DNA from: Felis catus
Taxonomy: Eukaryota
Direction of reading: 5' to 3'
Assembly: GCF_018350175.1 (NCBI RefSeq)
Contig: NC_058371.1
Span: forward strand, 75,144,001-75,208,000
DNA: 64,000 nucleotides
Below the pieces are notes generated by a model. The model saw only the letters and a program-made list of their open reading frames with translations, was not told where the DNA came from and did no database searches. Position numbers and translations under genes: made by a program. Of this stretch, positions 24,901-38,063 are shown in pieces; the first letter of the stretch is position 1, and the number at the start of each line of letters is the position of its first letter.

Positions 24901-26859
24901 GTACCTTGACCTTTCCCCCAGAAAATTCAGGGAAAGAAAATGCACCTGATAGGTTTCTCCCTGATGATCTGGTCTTTTTCTGTAACGGCTCACACAGTGG
25001 CAGACCTTTGCTCCTTTTGGACTTGTCAGGATGTTTTTCTCAGCTTCCATCCCATTCTTATCAGGGAAAATGATGTGAAGTCGTTTTAAACTGGGAAGCA
25101 CCTAAATCTTTGAGGTTACTTTATGGCACAGTCGTGGTATCCACAGATTAACCTTCTCACTTTCGGAGTGTTTTTTTTTTTTTTTTTTTTCCAACCTAAA
25201 GGCCACTACATGTCACGTTTGCCTTCTTGCTGTGGTATGAAACTGAATGTCCCTGAGGTGTGGGTCAGCAAGCCTACCCTGCCTCCCAGCACCCACCCAG
25301 CAGGTCAGCTTTGATGTTGTGTACTTACTGGGTTTTTGAGGGAGGATTAGGGATTTGAGGATACCACAGTCTCATACCATACAAGCTTACTTACTGTATT
25401 GTCTCTCAATATGGAAGCATATGGAAGTTTGGAAAGGTAAGACGGGCGACCGAACAGACTTCTCCAACCTTAACCCCAATCAAAAGGACTCTGAGGTCTC
25501 AAATCGAAACTACTGGAAAACCTTGGTGTACTTGTCATGGGCTTACACCACAGGTGCAAATGTCCTAGCGGGATTCTTCTGGTCCTTCTGGTAATAATTT
25601 TGGATGGGGTCTCAGATCCAAGTTCCATTAAATATACATTATGGTAAATTGGGCCGTAAGGAGGATTCAGTGGATTGATTTAAAAAAATCTGTGTAAAGT
25701 GATAGCCTGTCAGACCAGAGGCAGAGGGAAAGGGCCAAGTCTCAAGAGTGAGCCTCGAGGTGATTCTACATTATTAGCTCAGACACTTGCTCCACAAAGT
25801 ATTTCTCTCTTCTTATTCCACAGTTCTGTTTCTGACATATAAACAAGACCTTGGAAAGTTTAAATGGACCAAATACCTTTGCTTTCCTGATATTATTTGG
25901 GTGCATTCTGTTCATAGTGAGCAGCTGGGTATTGATCCGATTAGCTCTGAGTTAGAAAAGTTAAGACTCACCCTTCTTCCATCTCCTGAGTAATGGGGAC
26001 CATTTGTGATTTCTACAAAGTAAATTAACCTTGCCTGGATGAGAGTGATTTCTTTTGGGTTTTGCCTTTGGGCAACTTCAAACTTAACCCAAGGACAATT
26101 TAAGGCGTTCACCCACTCAAATTAATTTATTGAATAGGTGAGGCCCTAATTTATTGAATAGGTTGTGCCCACAAGCTATGGGCATAAAAAGATATAAAGG
26201 TGTAAAACCATTAGGAAAGTTTACTAGGGTCGTGAAACTATCACCTGTGTCCAAGGATCTATAATGGGAAACAAAAATTATTTGAACAGTCTGATGAAAA
26301 ATCATTCAAAAGGGACATTTGACAGTATACAGAGAGATTCGTTGTCATGTTGAATTTTCTCCTTTTCTGTCAGCATCGTGGTCCCACCCAGTAGGGCTTG
26401 AGACGGAGATGAGGCAAGACGGAGTGGGCATTCTGGTTTCTCTGGGAGGGACTCATTTTAATTGAAGGATTGTTTGGTTTTGTTTTTATTCCTGGTATAC
26501 ATCATTCATGGATTCCATTTCACCTCCTCTCTTTCTACTTCCTTGTCGCTCACGATCTTCTCCATCTTTTTCATTGAGTGGGACAGGGGAAGGGAGGGGA
26601 GAGGCAGAGATCAAAAAAAAAAAAAAAAAAAAGCCAGGGCCACAAGCAGAACTGAGGTGGACAGGGAGGTAGAGCATCAGGTCGGCTCTGGGCTGTCTTC
26701 AGCTGGAGCCTCGAGACCAGGGATCTCACCGAGGGTACATGGGGCAAGGAGGGGGGTGGGGCGGGGAGGCGAGAGACCGAAGCCCCTGTTTGCTGTCTCT
26801 TGCTGCTGCTACTTGCACACCCTGCTTTCTCCACCTGGGTCACCTCACTCTTTGTTTTG

Positions 26860-27787
26860 TGTAAAGAAAAACCGCACTCCTCCTGTGTCTCTCCTTTACT
26901 CTCACGTGGTTACCACACTCATGACATTTCTGACGCCATGTATGTGGCGCTTTTCCCCACATCAGGAAACTCTCTGTAACACCGGCTTGGTCCTACGATA
27001 TAACCCAACTTTGACACAAACCGGGGTTAGAGAATTCCCCACAGGTTAAGGGGTCAATCCCATGACACTGCCCCCCCCCCCACTTCAGACACCAACTGCA
27101 GGTAGTAAGGTTATCCACCCAGGTTACCCACAAATTCCGTCTGACTTGGCTACAAATTGGAGGTTCCTGTGATGCCTCCCCTTCAATTTGATTATTTGCC
27201 AGAACAGCCCACAGAACTCAGGGAAACACTAATTTATATTTGCCAGTTTATTACGTAATAAATGATATGATACAGAATACAGATGAACGGCCAGATGAAG
27301 AGATACATATGACCCAGAAAGGTCCCAAGCACAGGAGTTTCTGTCCCTGTGGAACTGGGGTATGTCACCCTCCTGGCACGTAGATGTGAACACCAACCCA
27401 GAGGCTCTCGAGATATTGTATTTTGGGGTTTTTCTGGAGGCTTCATCAGATAGGCTTGGTTAATCATTCACTCAATCTCCAGACCCTCTTCCCTTCCTGG
27501 AGGGAAGGATGGACACGGGGTTGAAAATTCCAAGCTTCTCATCATGGCTTCGTCTTTCTGGTGACCAGCCCCCATCCAGGAACCAACCAGCCTTTATTTT
27601 ACTCTAATGAGGAGTCACCTCATCAGAATAGAAGACAGTTTCATCCAGGAAATCCCAAAGGAGTTGGGACCCAGGGTCAAAAGCCAAATATTAGGACAAA
27701 AGATGTTCCTAGTGCTCTTATCGCTTTAGGAGCTCTGGGCCAGAAACCAGGGGCAGAAACCAATATATTTTTCTCTATTATTTCACA
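26860..27787 (-). mobile_element. solo LTR, MER21-like
   Basis: minus strand begins tgtgaaataatagagaaaaatatattggtttctgcccctggtttctggcccagagctcctaaa (MER21 5' end) and ends ...tttaca. Confidence 0.8.
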
Positions 27788-28592
27788 TTTTGCTGGAACT
27801 GATTGCCTCTTCTTCTGAGACACCTGCTGTGACCCCCAAGGGCAACGTCCTGTGTGTCCCGGGCATCCGTGCTTACCCTCATCACGGTCCTCCCCACACA
27901 CTACGTGGTTGTCTCTTTCCCACGAGCAACCTGCAAGCTTCCTGAGGGAAAGGGTCTCATCCATCATGTTTGCCATGCTATTCCAAGTACAACGCTCAGC
28001 TCAGGGAACGTGTTCATGAATATCCGATGAGAGAATGTCAAATAAATGTCAGGCCCTGATGTATGTTGCCAGAAAAGGAAATGTACCAGCCCTCTCCCAG
28101 AGAAAATAAATTCCCATCATCAGACTTCTGCCCGGTAATCCTTCATAGATCACTGGGAAAGGTGAGCCAGCTACTTCCCATCCATTCTTATTTCTTTGCT
28201 GACCCGCAGGGGCCGGGTGCTGCACCGGGCAACGTGCACATGGCCCTTTGAAATGCACTTAGTTGGATTGCTCCTTCCCACTTTGCCATCTGGAGCCTTC
28301 ATATTGTTAACAGAACATTCTTTAGACATTTGTCAAACTCCCGGCATCAAGCAGCCCTGTTCCAGCACATGACTTCCTGTAACCACGTCCTGCCGACTTC
28401 TCACTAGTACATTACAAATAAAAAGCACACCCAGAGTGGCTCATACTTCCCCTCTCCAGTGACCTCAACCCCACGAGACCGGGGAAGCTGTGACTCAGAC
28501 TCAGGAAAAAACACTGCTGGTGTCACCAACAGAAACCAAGGATCCTCCTGGGCCGGAGCTGGGGATATTAACAAATCCATTAGATTGGATCA

Positions 28593-28724
28593 NNNNNNNN
28601 NNNNNNNNNNNNNNNNNNNNNNNNNNNNNNNNNNNNNNNNNNNNNNNNNNNNNNNNNNNNNNNNNNNNNNNNNNNNNNNNNNNNNNNNNNNNNNNNNNNN
28701 NNNNNNNNNNNNNNNNNNNNNNNN
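28593..28724. other. assembly gap (132 N)
   Basis: run of N. Confidence 1.
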
Positions 28725-30041
28725 AGTTACTTGAAGGTTAACACTATTCTTTCCCAAAAAGGAGAAAACCATTTCATTCTTCTATTCATTGCTTTTCTCC
28801 TTCAGCACCTGAAAAGGAGGTGAACTCCCCCCCTGTCCCCCACCCCCACCCCTTTTCATTCTTACCAAGAGAATCTCTTTCCTACTCTCACTTGTCTGGC
28901 TATTTTAACATTGAAAAAAGCAGAGTATAATTCTTTGACTAATCCTTCAAGAAGACTTTGGTTCCTCCCCCCCCCCCCCGCCCTTTTTGTTTGTTTTTAT
29001 TGGCTATTAGGCTAGCAAATTTTGGATTTGAAGGGCTCAGATCCTAGGCTAGCAGCATGCTGAGCTCATTATGCAAAGCTCATTCACGGGAGAAAAAGTA
29101 CTGGACTGCCTGGGTCTCAGCACAGGGAGTTTTTTTTAGAAAAGCTTTGGTTCTGTTTTCTTAACTGGCCTCCTGTAGCTCTGAAATGATGCTTCTAGTC
29201 AGCATCTGGTCTCATTGGAATTGGGGTAAGAGCCCTCAAAACCTTGAGTGTGTCTAGAAGGTCTGAGAGAGATTCCAGTCCCAGTATCTAGGAATTAGAC
29301 AAGGTCCAGGAAGTGGGGGTTCTGAATCAGAGCATACCTACTTACAGAGAACTGCAGGATCACCAGGGGTGCCTGGAATAATTTATCTGTGACTTTCCAG
29401 TGGGACCAAGGACAAATGATCGTGCTCTTTAAACCACTGCCTCTGCTCTGCTGGTGGAGGTGTGGATTGAGAGCATCAGATGCCTTATGCGGCCCAAGGC
29501 AAGTTGAAGAGAAATTCCAGCTCCCAGAACCATAGGAAGAGGTCTTAAAGTTTCAATTAAGCGATTTTCTTTGAAGATTTTTGACTTGCATTAATTCTCC
29601 AAAGTTCATTCACTTTTCAAAGCAATTTCCCTCCAAAGGGTGGTTTGCTCTCTGAAGGAGAATTTTAATACTGATGTGTGTCATTTATCTCCCACATCTT
29701 TTCTGAGAAGACATATTGTAGAAAAGCCATTAGGAAACACTTCGTATAATAGTTCCTTCACCCTTGAAACATCTTCTGAGAAGTAGGAGGAGGAGCTGAA
29801 AGGATATTCCTCCTCCACCACTTGCCCTGTTTTGGAAGCATAGAGATTGAAACTCGTGTGTGTCCAGTGCTGATCGGTGGTGTCCAGCTTCCCAGTAGCC
29901 CCTCCATCTGACCTTGTCTGTCGTCTGAAGATGAGGACCGTCTCCTGCCAAGAACCTAACTTGTGATTCTGCTTGGTTTAAATCATTCTCACCAATGCCA
30001 TTTCTATGTATATCACAAAGAGCTTCCTCCATAAATCTGGG

Positions 30042-30636
30042 TTTTTAAAAATATAATTTATTGTCCAATTGGCTTCCATACAACACCCAGTGCTCATCCC
30101 AACAGGTGCCCTCCTCAATGCCCATCACCCACCTTCCCCTCTCCCCCACCCCCCATCAACCCTCAGTTTGTTCTCTGTATTTAAGAGTCTCTTATGGTGT
30201 GCCTCCCTCCCTCTCTGTTTGTGATCCCCCCCCCCCGCCATGGTTTTCTGTTAAGTTTCTCAAGAGCCACATATGACTGAAAACATACGGTATCTGTCTT
30301 TCTCTGATTGACTTATTTCACTTAGCATAATACCCTCCAGTTCCAACCACGTTGCTACAAATGGCCAGGTTTCATTATTTCTCATTGCCAAGTAGCATTC
30401 CATCGTATATATAAACCACATCTTCTTTATCCATTCGTCAGTTGATGGACATTTAGGCTCTTTCCATAATTTGGCTATTGTTGAAAGTGCTGCTATAAAC
30501 ATTGGGGTACAAGTGCCCCTATGCATCAGCACTCCTGTATCCCTTGGGTCAATTTCTAGCAGTGCTATTGCTGGGTCATAGAGTAGTTCTATTTTTAATT
30601 TGTTGAGGAATCTCCACACTGTTTTCCAGAGCAGCT
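30042..30636 (-). mobile_element. young felid/carnivore L1 3' end (ORF2 C-terminus + 3'UTR), 5'-truncated
   Basis: ORF 30260-30619 = YDPAIALL...TCTPMFIAALSTIAKLWKEPKCPSTDEWIKKMW, canonical L1 ORF2 C-terminus. Confidence 0.97.
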
Positions 30637-31314
30637 AAAACCATAGCATAGGAACTTGGTTTTTTACAAAAGTGTAATACTTTGAACGAATTTACTATAA
30701 CAGATACTCATTCCAAGTCCCCCAAACCTTCTTTCCCCAAGGCCATGACCCTTTCTTTAGTGTCCTTCCAGAAGTATTCTATTTACAAGCATGTAAGCAT
30801 TTGTATGTACACACACACATACACATGCAATTTACATTTCAAAGATTGCTTTTCCCACATAACAAAAAGAAGCCTTCAGAGTTATACTGAATAAAGTTTA
30901 TAATTTTTAATGCTGGCTTGGCATGAGCAATGATAACAATTACTCATTCTCAGTGGGAAAAGGGTATTTCCATTTTCATATATTCTCTATATGACTATGT
31001 TCCATATTCACATGCATACGTATTCTTTTGTTTTTATATACACGTCAACATGTACTTTACTTCCCTTTTTAAAACTTTGTGATAGGTCTTGGGTTTGAAT
31101 CAATACATAAAAGCTTATGTATCAATACATAAAAATAAACCTATCTCATTATTCTTTAACTGTTACATGGAATTCTTTAATTAGCTCCTAACTGTTGGGG
31201 CTGCCAGTATAATGCTGTGATGAATATCCCTGTGCAAATTGTCAACATATGTAAGTATAGTCATAGAATAAATTTATAGAAGTGGAGTTGTTTGGCCAAA
31301 GAGTATGTCCATTT

Positions 31315-31356
31315 TATTATTTTTTCTTATTATTTTTTTAATGTTTATTTATTTTT

Positions 31357-31393
<37 letters not shown>

Positions 31394-31560
31394 CATGAGC
31401 TGGGGAGGGGCAGAGAGAGAGGGAGACACAGAATCCCAAGCAGGCTCCAGGCTCCGAGCCGTCAGCACAGAGCCCGACGTGGGGCTTGAACTCACGGACT
31501 GCGAGATCATGACCTGAGCCGAAGTCGGACGCTCAACCGACTGAGCCACCCAGGCGCCCC
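31315..31560 (-). mobile_element. felid Can-SINE
   Basis: full consensus; degenerate TSD gagtatgtccattt / gagtgtgtgcattt. Confidence 0.97.
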
Positions 31561-31765
31561 ATGAGAGTGTGTGCATTTTAAAGTTTGATGTACACAGACA
31601 AATTTGCTCCCCAAAGAAGTTGTATCACATTATACTTCAATTACATGAGTGTTTCTCGGCATCTTTACCAACATGACGTATTACCAAAGTTTTTTTTATC
31701 TCTACCAACCTGATAGGTTACAAGCTGTATCTTTATTTCAATTTACAATTACTTAATTTAAAAAC

Positions 31766-31963
31766 TTTTTTCTTTTTTTTTTTTGAGGGAGAGAGATCAT
31801 GAGCAGGGCAAGGGCAGAGGGAGAGGGGGAAAGAGATAATCTTATGCAGGCTCCACACCCAGTGCGGAGCCCAATGTGGGGCTCAATCTCACAACTGTGA
31901 GATCATGACCTGAGCTGAAATCAAGAGTCAGATGCTTAACTGACTGAGCCACCCAGGTGCCTC
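31766..31963 (-). mobile_element. Can-SINE (older subtype)
   Basis: gagctgaaatcaagagtcagatgcttaactgactgagccacccaggtgcc. Confidence 0.95.
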
Positions 31964-32869
31964 TACAGTTATTTATTTAATTTTAAATGAGATTAGGCAC
32001 CTTCTCTGTGTTGGAAAGCCATTTGTATTTATTTACTTTTCTGTTGGCTGCCTTTGCATGATCTCTGTCCATTTTTCTATTGAATTGTTGATTATTTTAT
32101 TATTGATCCATAGAAGCCCTTTATATATTGAGGAAATGGGTCAATGATTCATGCCCTCTAAAGCCCTCCCTCCTTTTTTACTTCTAATGATCAATTATTG
32201 CTCTTATATATGACCTTCCTTACTCTCTGTCCCACTGTCTCTCCTTTACTTTCTTATATAGTTACTTACATATCTTGTTTCTTTGGACAGGAAAGAAGGA
32301 TGACAGTCAGGCTGCAAGGAAGTACACTCTTGAATATCCAATGAGTATATATTTTACCAAGTGTATATGAGGAAAATGCCCTTTCTCTGGCATCTGTATC
32401 AGTATCAAAAGACTGTTCTTCCTCTTGGTTCATTGATGGACACTTGGTAGCCTTGTATTTTACTTGTTGACTATAAATTAATGCCCGAATTCAACAAACT
32501 TCTTAAACTTATATTTACACTCCCTTGTTTTTTGTTTTTCTTATAACTCCCTCTTCCTTCTAATTTACTCTCTGATAGTGGTCATTATTTGGCTGGTACA
32601 AGTAGTTATCTCTAGACTCTTAACTCTTCTTTAAGTATCTGGGGCAGGATGATTTGGGTGGTAAGATTCTGATGGGAAGAGAGAAAGCCTCATGTTGTTG
32701 CTTCAGGACTAGTCCCAGTCTTCTGTCTCAGAATCCTTGGGCAATGCTTTCCTCTAACTGATTCAAGAAGATGCCTCCCACCCTCCCCCCACCCCTTGAG
32801 GCATACTCTCTCCATAGCTTTCTGTTGAGAACCCACCTTTCCAAATCATGTAAAAACCAATTCAACTTT

Positions 32870-33129
32870 NNNNNNNNNNNNNNNNNNNNNNNNNNNNNNN
32901 NNNNNNNNNNNNNNNNNNNNNNNNNNNNNNNNNNNNNNNNNNNNNNNNNNNNNNNNNNNNNNNNNNNNNNNNNNNNNNNNNNNNNNNNNNNNNNNNNNNN
33001 NNNNNNNNNNNNNNNNNNNNNNNNNNNNNNNNNNNNNNNNNNNNNNNNNNNNNNNNNNNNNNNNNNNNNNNNNNNNNNNNNNNNNNNNNNNNNNNNNNNN
33101 NNNNNNNNNNNNNNNNNNNNNNNNNNNNN
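32870..33129. other. assembly gap (260 N)
   Basis: run of N. Confidence 1.
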
Positions 33130-33489
33130 CCTATTCATAAACAAGGCCACAGAAACTCATTACATAGGAGTTTTTCTTACTGCAATCACAAATGAGTTCA
33201 TTTTGAAAAGTATTTGCATGCTGTGTAGGCTAAGACCCCCTTACCAGAAAATGCTGTAGTCATTGAATGAGTTTGCTAAATCAGGGACATTTGTCCCTGG
33301 AATGAGAGAGGTTACTCTCTGACACTGCAGCTTGGGCATCTAATAATGTCCAAACAAGTTGGGAAAAGCATCCAATGATAAAAATATGGTTCCTCTTCAT
33401 TGAAGAAATGAGCCCCAACGAATTAAGTGGTCATAGGGCAGCAATGAACTCAATGACTTTAGCACAGAAAACAGCATAATATATTGATT

Positions 33490-33690
33490 GAAGAGTCAGT
33501 TCCAAATTCAGATTCTGGATATGCCGCTTAGTAGCTGTGCGATCTTAGACAAACTAGTCAATTTCTCCAAGCCTCAGTTTACTCATGTGTCAAATAGAGA
33601 CAGTGCCTATTGTTGTTGGGAGAATTAAATGATGTGGCATATGTGAAAGTCCAGGGCACTCTGACTGGCACCTAACAAACGCACAAGCAA
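33490..33690 (+). mobile_element. MIR SINE
   Basis: cttagtagctgtgcgatcttagacaa...caagcctcagtttactcatgtgtcaaat. Confidence 0.75.
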
Positions 33691-34149
33691 CTGCAGCTAG
33701 ACAAATTTATAGTCTTAAACACTGATAAATATCAGGAGCAAAACTGATCCTCCCCCCAACCCCACCCCAAGCATTTTCCCTAATGGCCAAGGTGGTAGTT
33801 CGTCTCATATCTAGCTTCTATCCAGCTGAGAGAATGACAGGAATTGATCATTGGTTTTGTTCTCGGGACCCAGGGCCATTTCCTGATGGGTTATACTGCG
33901 TAGGTTGTCGAAACCCTAAATGAATCCTTTTTTAGTCAACTATGTTAAAATTCGGGGTTTGGCAAATGGAGGCCCAAACTGGTTTCCAGACTCATATCAA
34001 AACTAGCAACAGTTGACCTAGAGTTGACAGACTGTATTAGAAACCTGTGTGGTATGAGTCTTGCCAGGGCCCCCTTCTAAGAAACTCTGCCCTATCCACA
34101 GGCCCTGCCGGAGGACCAGTTACAGGAAGCCACGATTTTTGCTACGGAA

Positions 34150-34640
34150 TTCAGCCCACTTCCGGCCTAGGCCACAGCTGATTGGACAAGCATGGGCCTA
34201 GGCCCCTAGGCCCTCCCTGCGCTGCCCAATGATGGGGAGGGGGTGGGAAGCGAAGCTTGGCCAGTCACATTTCCTCCCTGGGTAGTTGAAACTAAAAAGA
34301 ATGGTGGGGAAATCGCAAAGGCATGGGCCTAAAGAGGTTCTAATGGATCTGGGGCAAGCTAAAGTGAAGACTGCACAGAAAGTCAGAGAAGGGAGTGGAA
34401 GCGGCAGGGAGTGGAGAGGAGAGCCTCTGCGCAGAGAAAACAGGGTCAGTGTGAGAGAGAGCCAGAGTGTAGTTAATTCTGGGTACTGCTCTGGTTCCAG
34501 ATGGTTTTCTAATTGCAGCCAGTCTTGACACATCTCCACAGACCCCCTGTTCCTTGAGGCAACTTGAGCAGAGACCCCTCACGGGCACTCATAAGTGACC
34601 ACCTCAAGCCCAGTGTGGGCTGCTGCAAGAAACCCGTGGT
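34150..34640 (+). mobile_element. possible degraded MaLR (MLT1-type) LTR
   Basis: ggccacagctgattggacaagcatggg resembles the MLT1 core; otherwise poorly resolved. Confidence 0.35.
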
Positions 34641-35225
34641 TGCAATAAATAGGTAAAATAAAGGTCAGAATTGGTAGTAGCGGCAACAATATGGAGCATT
34701 GTTAATTATTCTACAAGGAATCTTGTTATCCATTTATTTTATAGATAACAGTGCAGACCTTGTAAATTGTAATAGAATGTTTGGGCTTCTGAACATAAAT
34801 GAATAAAAAGATGTAAATTCTCAAGGTATTTAATTCTAATGAAATTCAAAGAACTTAAACTTCCATTCAAATAGAGAAATCTATTATCTTTGAAGACAAT
34901 TGGCTTGTTCATCGGTCCTTCCAAGGACATTAAATAAAACATGTATGAATGTTCCTTTGTTGGAGTCTGCATAGATTTCACAGTGGCTAACATTTTTCCT
35001 AATAAAGAAACAACTTTCTGTCCTTTTCTTCCCCGTATTTCCACCACCGCCGCGTCAATTCGGCGTTGTTCTTCACCTGGACTATTGCAGTTTCCTCCGA
35101 GTATATACTGTACTCTATAGTATATAGTAAGCACTCATTAAGTGCTTTGTGCGATGTTTTTGCTGCATCCGAACTAACCAGAATTCCTCAAAGCCGTTTT
35201 CCTCACACAAGGAAACAAGACTTAA

Positions 35226-35228
<3 letters not shown>

Positions 35229-35263
<35 letters not shown>
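35229..35263. repeat. (AT)n microsatellite
   Basis: directly visible. Confidence 0.98.
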
Positions 35264-35264
<1 letters not shown>

Positions 35265-35266
<2 letters not shown>

Positions 35267-37200
35267 TTTACTGTGAAACATTCCAAACGTATATAAAAGC
35301 AGAGAGAATAATGCAATGAAGTGTCATATATCCCTACGGGAAGGACGAGGAATGATCAATTCAGGACAAATCTTGTTTCATCTCTATATTCACATATTCC
35401 CCCATCTCCTCGTCTTTCATGCTGATTTTGAAGCAAATCCAAGCTATCCTATTATTTCCTTCATAAGAATTGCTATGGTATCTCTAAGAGAAAAAATCAT
35501 GATGTAACCAAAATACCATCCTCACAACTAAATTAAAATAACAGCTTAATATAATAAATATCCGGTGTTTAAATTTCCCGAATTATCTTATTTTTTTAGC
35601 TTCTTGATTTGAATTATATATCAAATGAGCTTACCACCTTATAATGTTTCACATGTCTCTTAAGTTGCTTTTAATTTCTAAGCCCCTCCTCCTTTTTCTT
35701 TTCCTCCTTTTTAAAGAAATCTCCTCTCCGGTTTTCATTCCCTCCTTCTCTCTTTTCCTGAAATTTATTTATTGAAGAAAGAGGGTCATTGTCCCATAGT
35801 TTTCCACAGTCTGAATTTTGCTGACTACATTTTTCTGTTGTTAAACTATTTTTTTTGTCCACTCTATTTTCCTTACATTGGTTTTTAGATACGGACTGGA
35901 GTCTCACTTGGATTCGGGTTCAACTTTTTGGCAATACCTTAAAGGCATTAGAGTATACTCCATGAAAAGGCACATAATGTCTTTTTGTCTCCCTTCTTGT
36001 GATGGTTGTTGCCTGGATCCATTAGATCATTAGGGGTTGCAAGATGGCGATGTCCTAATTCTGTAATTCCTTCTTCATTTATTAACAAGGCTACTTCTAA
36101 CTTCTCATCAACTGTTTGCTTACCCTGGGTACAGTTCGTATAGGAAAGGCGAGATAAATGATTCAAATTTGTTTGTTGATTCCTCCAGCATCCACTACAT
36201 GTGACCAGTGAGTCTTTGTAAAGTATTATTCTGAACTCATGGATTAAGGATATCTGAGTTGTTTCAAATCAATTCCATTTATTATTCTTATTGATGATCA
36301 TAATGTTCTTCTCTACCTTTTGCTCCTGGGAGCTTCTTCAAGTTGGCTCCTGAATTTTTTGACCTGGCTCCAGTGGTCTTTGATGTTTTCCTTGCTGTCT
36401 ATATAACAAGACGTTCCAAGCTCATCTTGTATATTTCCTACCGTAGACCCAGAGTCAGCTTTTTCTCCAACAGATATCAGATTTTTCTCCTGGTTCTTTT
36501 AGTGGAAATGCCGTATAAAGACCATAATCTGGGCACCAGGGATGTTCATTGGTACAGCATTGGTTTTCATTTCTTGGTCTTTTCAGAGTAAATATGCATT
36601 TTTTTAAAGATAAAATATATTTTTGAGTTCATACTTACACTTCCAATTCAAATTCAACACTATGGAGTTTTTAATTCATCAATTTTATATATCTGTGAAT
36701 TCATTGCAATTTTTTCACTTTATCATGTATTTCCTTTCTTCTTTCTTTTTTATTTTGCTATGATGTCTCTTGCCATAGAAAAGTATTTTATTTTAAATTG
36801 TTAAGTAGTCAGATTTATCAGTCTTTTCCTTACTGCACCTGAATTTTGAATGATAGTTAGGAGCGTTTTCCCCACTCCCATGTTACAGGAAGTTTCATCC
36901 GTATTTTATTCTAATATGTGTATGGTTTCATTTACGTTTAAATTTCTGATCCATCTGAAATTTATCTCATTGTGTCTGGATGAAAAAAAGATCCAATTTT
37001 ATCTTTATCCACATGGCTTTTCATTTAACCCAACATTACTTATTAAAAAGTCTATCTTTTTCCTCTTAATGTAAGATGCCACCTTTATCCTATATTAAAT
37101 TTCCACTTGTGATTGGTCTTATTCCTGTACTATTGATCTTTCTGTCCATTTGTGTGCCAATATCACGTTGTTGGAATTATGGAAGCTCCAGAACCTGCTT
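35265..37200 (-). mobile_element. old L1 (L1MC4-like 3'UTR plus ORF2 fragment)
   Basis: accaaaataccatcctcacaactaaa...atatccggtgtttaaatttcccgaatt; further antisense ORF2-type sequence at 36760-37200. Confidence 0.7.
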
Positions 37201-37362
37201 GCCCTTTTCTGAGCTATTCTTGGTAGTGCAGAACTTTTGAAGGAGAACCTATCTTCATCTCTCCTATCAGGTTCCATGCCCACTTTCAAAGATAACATCT
37301 TGCTGATGGTAAGTGAGATTGAGGGAAGACATGGATGGGCCCCTTAAAACAAGATTTGTCAT

Positions 37363-37547
37363 GGGGCCCCTGGGTGGCTCAGTCGGTTGAGCATCCAAGT
37401 CTTGATTTTGGCTCAGGTCATGATCCCAGGGTCATGGGATGGAGCACCCAATGGGCTGAGCGTGGAGCCTGCTTGAGATTCCCTTTCTTTCTCTCTGCCC
37501 CTCTCCTGCACTTGCACGTGCTTTCTCTCTTAAAAAAAAAAAAAAAG
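37363..37547 (+). mobile_element. Can-SINE (older subtype)
   Basis: ggggcccctgggtggctcagtcggttgagcatcc...poly-A. Confidence 0.93.
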
Positions 37548-37584
37548 ACAGGAACTGGCAAACTATGGCTCATGGGCTACATTT

Positions 37585-37629
37585 ATTTGTATATCAAATT
37601 TGTATATCAAATTTGTATATCAAATTTGT
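37585..37629. repeat. 13-bp tandem repeat (atttgtatatcaa) x3.5
   Basis: directly visible, perfect units. Confidence 0.95.
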
Positions 37630-37633
37630 TGAT

Positions 37634-37850
37634 GGGGCGCCTGGGTGGCTCAGTCGGTTAAGCGGCCGACTTCGGCTCAGGTCATGATCTCGCGGTCCGT
37701 GAGTTCGAGCCCCGCGTCGGGCTCTGTGCTGACAGCTCGGAGCCTGGAGCCTGTTTCAGATTCTGTGTCTCCCTCTCTCTCTGACCCTCCCCCGTTCATG
37801 CTCTGTCTCTCTCTGTCTCAAAAATAGATAAACGTTAAAATTTTTTTTTT
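37634..37850 (+). mobile_element. young felid Can-SINE
   Basis: near-consensus with nearly all CpGs retained. Confidence 0.97.
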
Positions 37851-38063
37851 AAATGAAATTTTGTCAAAATACAACTATATTGTCTATAACTTTTTGTGCT
37901 ACAATGGGAGACTGAATAGTTGTGATAAAGACTATATGAACAGCAAATCTTAAAATATTAAAATACTATTTCTGGACCTTTACAGAAAAAGTTTGCTGAC
38001 CCTGCCTGAAGATAATACATTGGCATCCTAATGGGTCTTCTAGAGATAATGTTTAACCCCAAA

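Larger units (their letters stand above)
30680..32150 (-). mobile_element. old L1M antisense fragments, split by two SINEs
   Basis: ataatgctgtgatgaatatccctgtgc, gtggagttgtttggccaaagagtatg, gtccatttttctattg. Confidence 0.65.
37549..38004 (+). mobile_element. MER58A-like hAT-Charlie transposon, split by a SINE
   Basis: starts caggaactggcaaactatggc, ends cctttacagaaaaagtttgctgaccctg. Confidence 0.85.

Noticed and set aside
26462-27049. 195-aa ORF
   Set aside because: Chimera of low-complexity sequence, a poly-A (KKKKKK) and the MER21-like LTR; non-ATG start
30260-30619. 119-aa ORF
   Set aside because: Canonical L1 ORF2 C-terminus of a 5'-truncated insertion
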